In this document: piece after piece, positions 63,345-64,000 of the stretch
Numbering within the stretch: the first letter of the stretch is position 1
Layout: each line of letters starts with the position of its first letter
Assembly: GCF_006345805.1 (NCBI RefSeq)
Contig: NC_042997.1
Location: 187,488,001 to 187,552,000 of the forward strand
Direction: 5' to 3'
Source: Octopus sinensis
Taxonomy: Eukaryota
DNA: 64,000 nucleotides
Translations under genes and position numbers: made by a program
The notes under the pieces: model-generated
What the model was told of the DNA's origin: nothing
Database searches by the model: none
What the model saw: the letters and a program-made list of their open reading frames with translations, nothing else

Positions 63345-63581
63345 GTAGACGTGGGTGTGTGGTAAGAGGTTTGCTTCACAACCACAATGTTATGGTTTCA
63401 GTTCAAGTATGTGGGACCTTGGGCAAGTGTCTTCTACTATAGCTCCAGGCCAACCAAAGCCTTGTGAAATGATTTGGTGTACAGAAGTTGAAAGAAACCC
63501 ATTGTGCATACACACACACACTCACTCACACACACACACACACACTCACTCACTCACTCACACACACACACACACACACAT
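63345..63581 (+). mobile_element. SINE family 1 head followed by (CA)n/(CACT)n
   Basis: gtgtgtggtaagaggtttgctt...gggcaagtgtcttctactatagc...gaaagaaaccc. Confidence 0.75.
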
Positions 63582-64000
63582 GTAGGTGGAAAGAAGAAAA
63601 AAAAACACCTTCTGAAGTAAGTAGTTTATAGGCGCAAAATTTCAAAGACAGTTCTTGCAATAGTTCATGTTTGATCATAGCTATGTTCTATATCAGTGCA
63701 TTGTTCATTCTCTCTAATGCCTAGCAGTTAGTTTTTTTTTTTTCATCTTGAGCTTTTGTAGCTGTTGACAAATATGAAAGAAAGTGAAAGAAGTATTTCT
63801 GGACTGTATCCAACCCTCAACAGTTGTACAAAATTATTTGGTTGTGGTAATAGATGGTATGACACTATGTTTCATTGTTGTTGTGTGTTTGTGTATATGA
63901 GTATTGAGATTTTGGCATCATTTAGGTTTACTTATCCTCACTGTTCAAAAATCAAGCCCTTATCAGAAGCCAAAATAGTATTTTCAACTCTTATACTCAG

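Overview
AT-rich, repeat-dense intronic DNA from an animal. The SINE/RTE families and microsatellite load look like an octopod cephalopod (recognised from memory, not database-checked). One host gene is present on the + strand: four internal coding exons of a discoidin domain receptor (DDR-type receptor tyrosine kinase), at 5171-5312, 26540-26629, 48172-48319 and 53015-53539. They splice in frame with GT-AG introns of 21.2, 21.5 and 4.7 kb and encode most of the discoidin (DS) domain and the whole DS-like domain. The signal peptide/first DS exon and the TM/kinase exons were not found and presumably lie outside the window. The rest is a layered transposon record: tRNA-derived SINEs, 5'-truncated RTE and CR1-like LINE pieces, a full-length dead mariner, fossil hAT-Charlie and piggyBac transposases with their MITEs, and large microsatellites that explain most spurious ORFs. 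The most unusual items are a perfect spacer-less 120-bp palindrome (12854-12973), a young RTE 3' end fused to 2.5 identical copies of a 156-bp G-rich unit inside one apparent target-site duplication (61090-61775), a Penelope-type hammerhead-core motif (60140-60215), a decayed 5S rRNA copy (about 45428-45552), and an unassigned fossil ORF (11605-12270). No new multi-gene system can be supported from the sequence alone.
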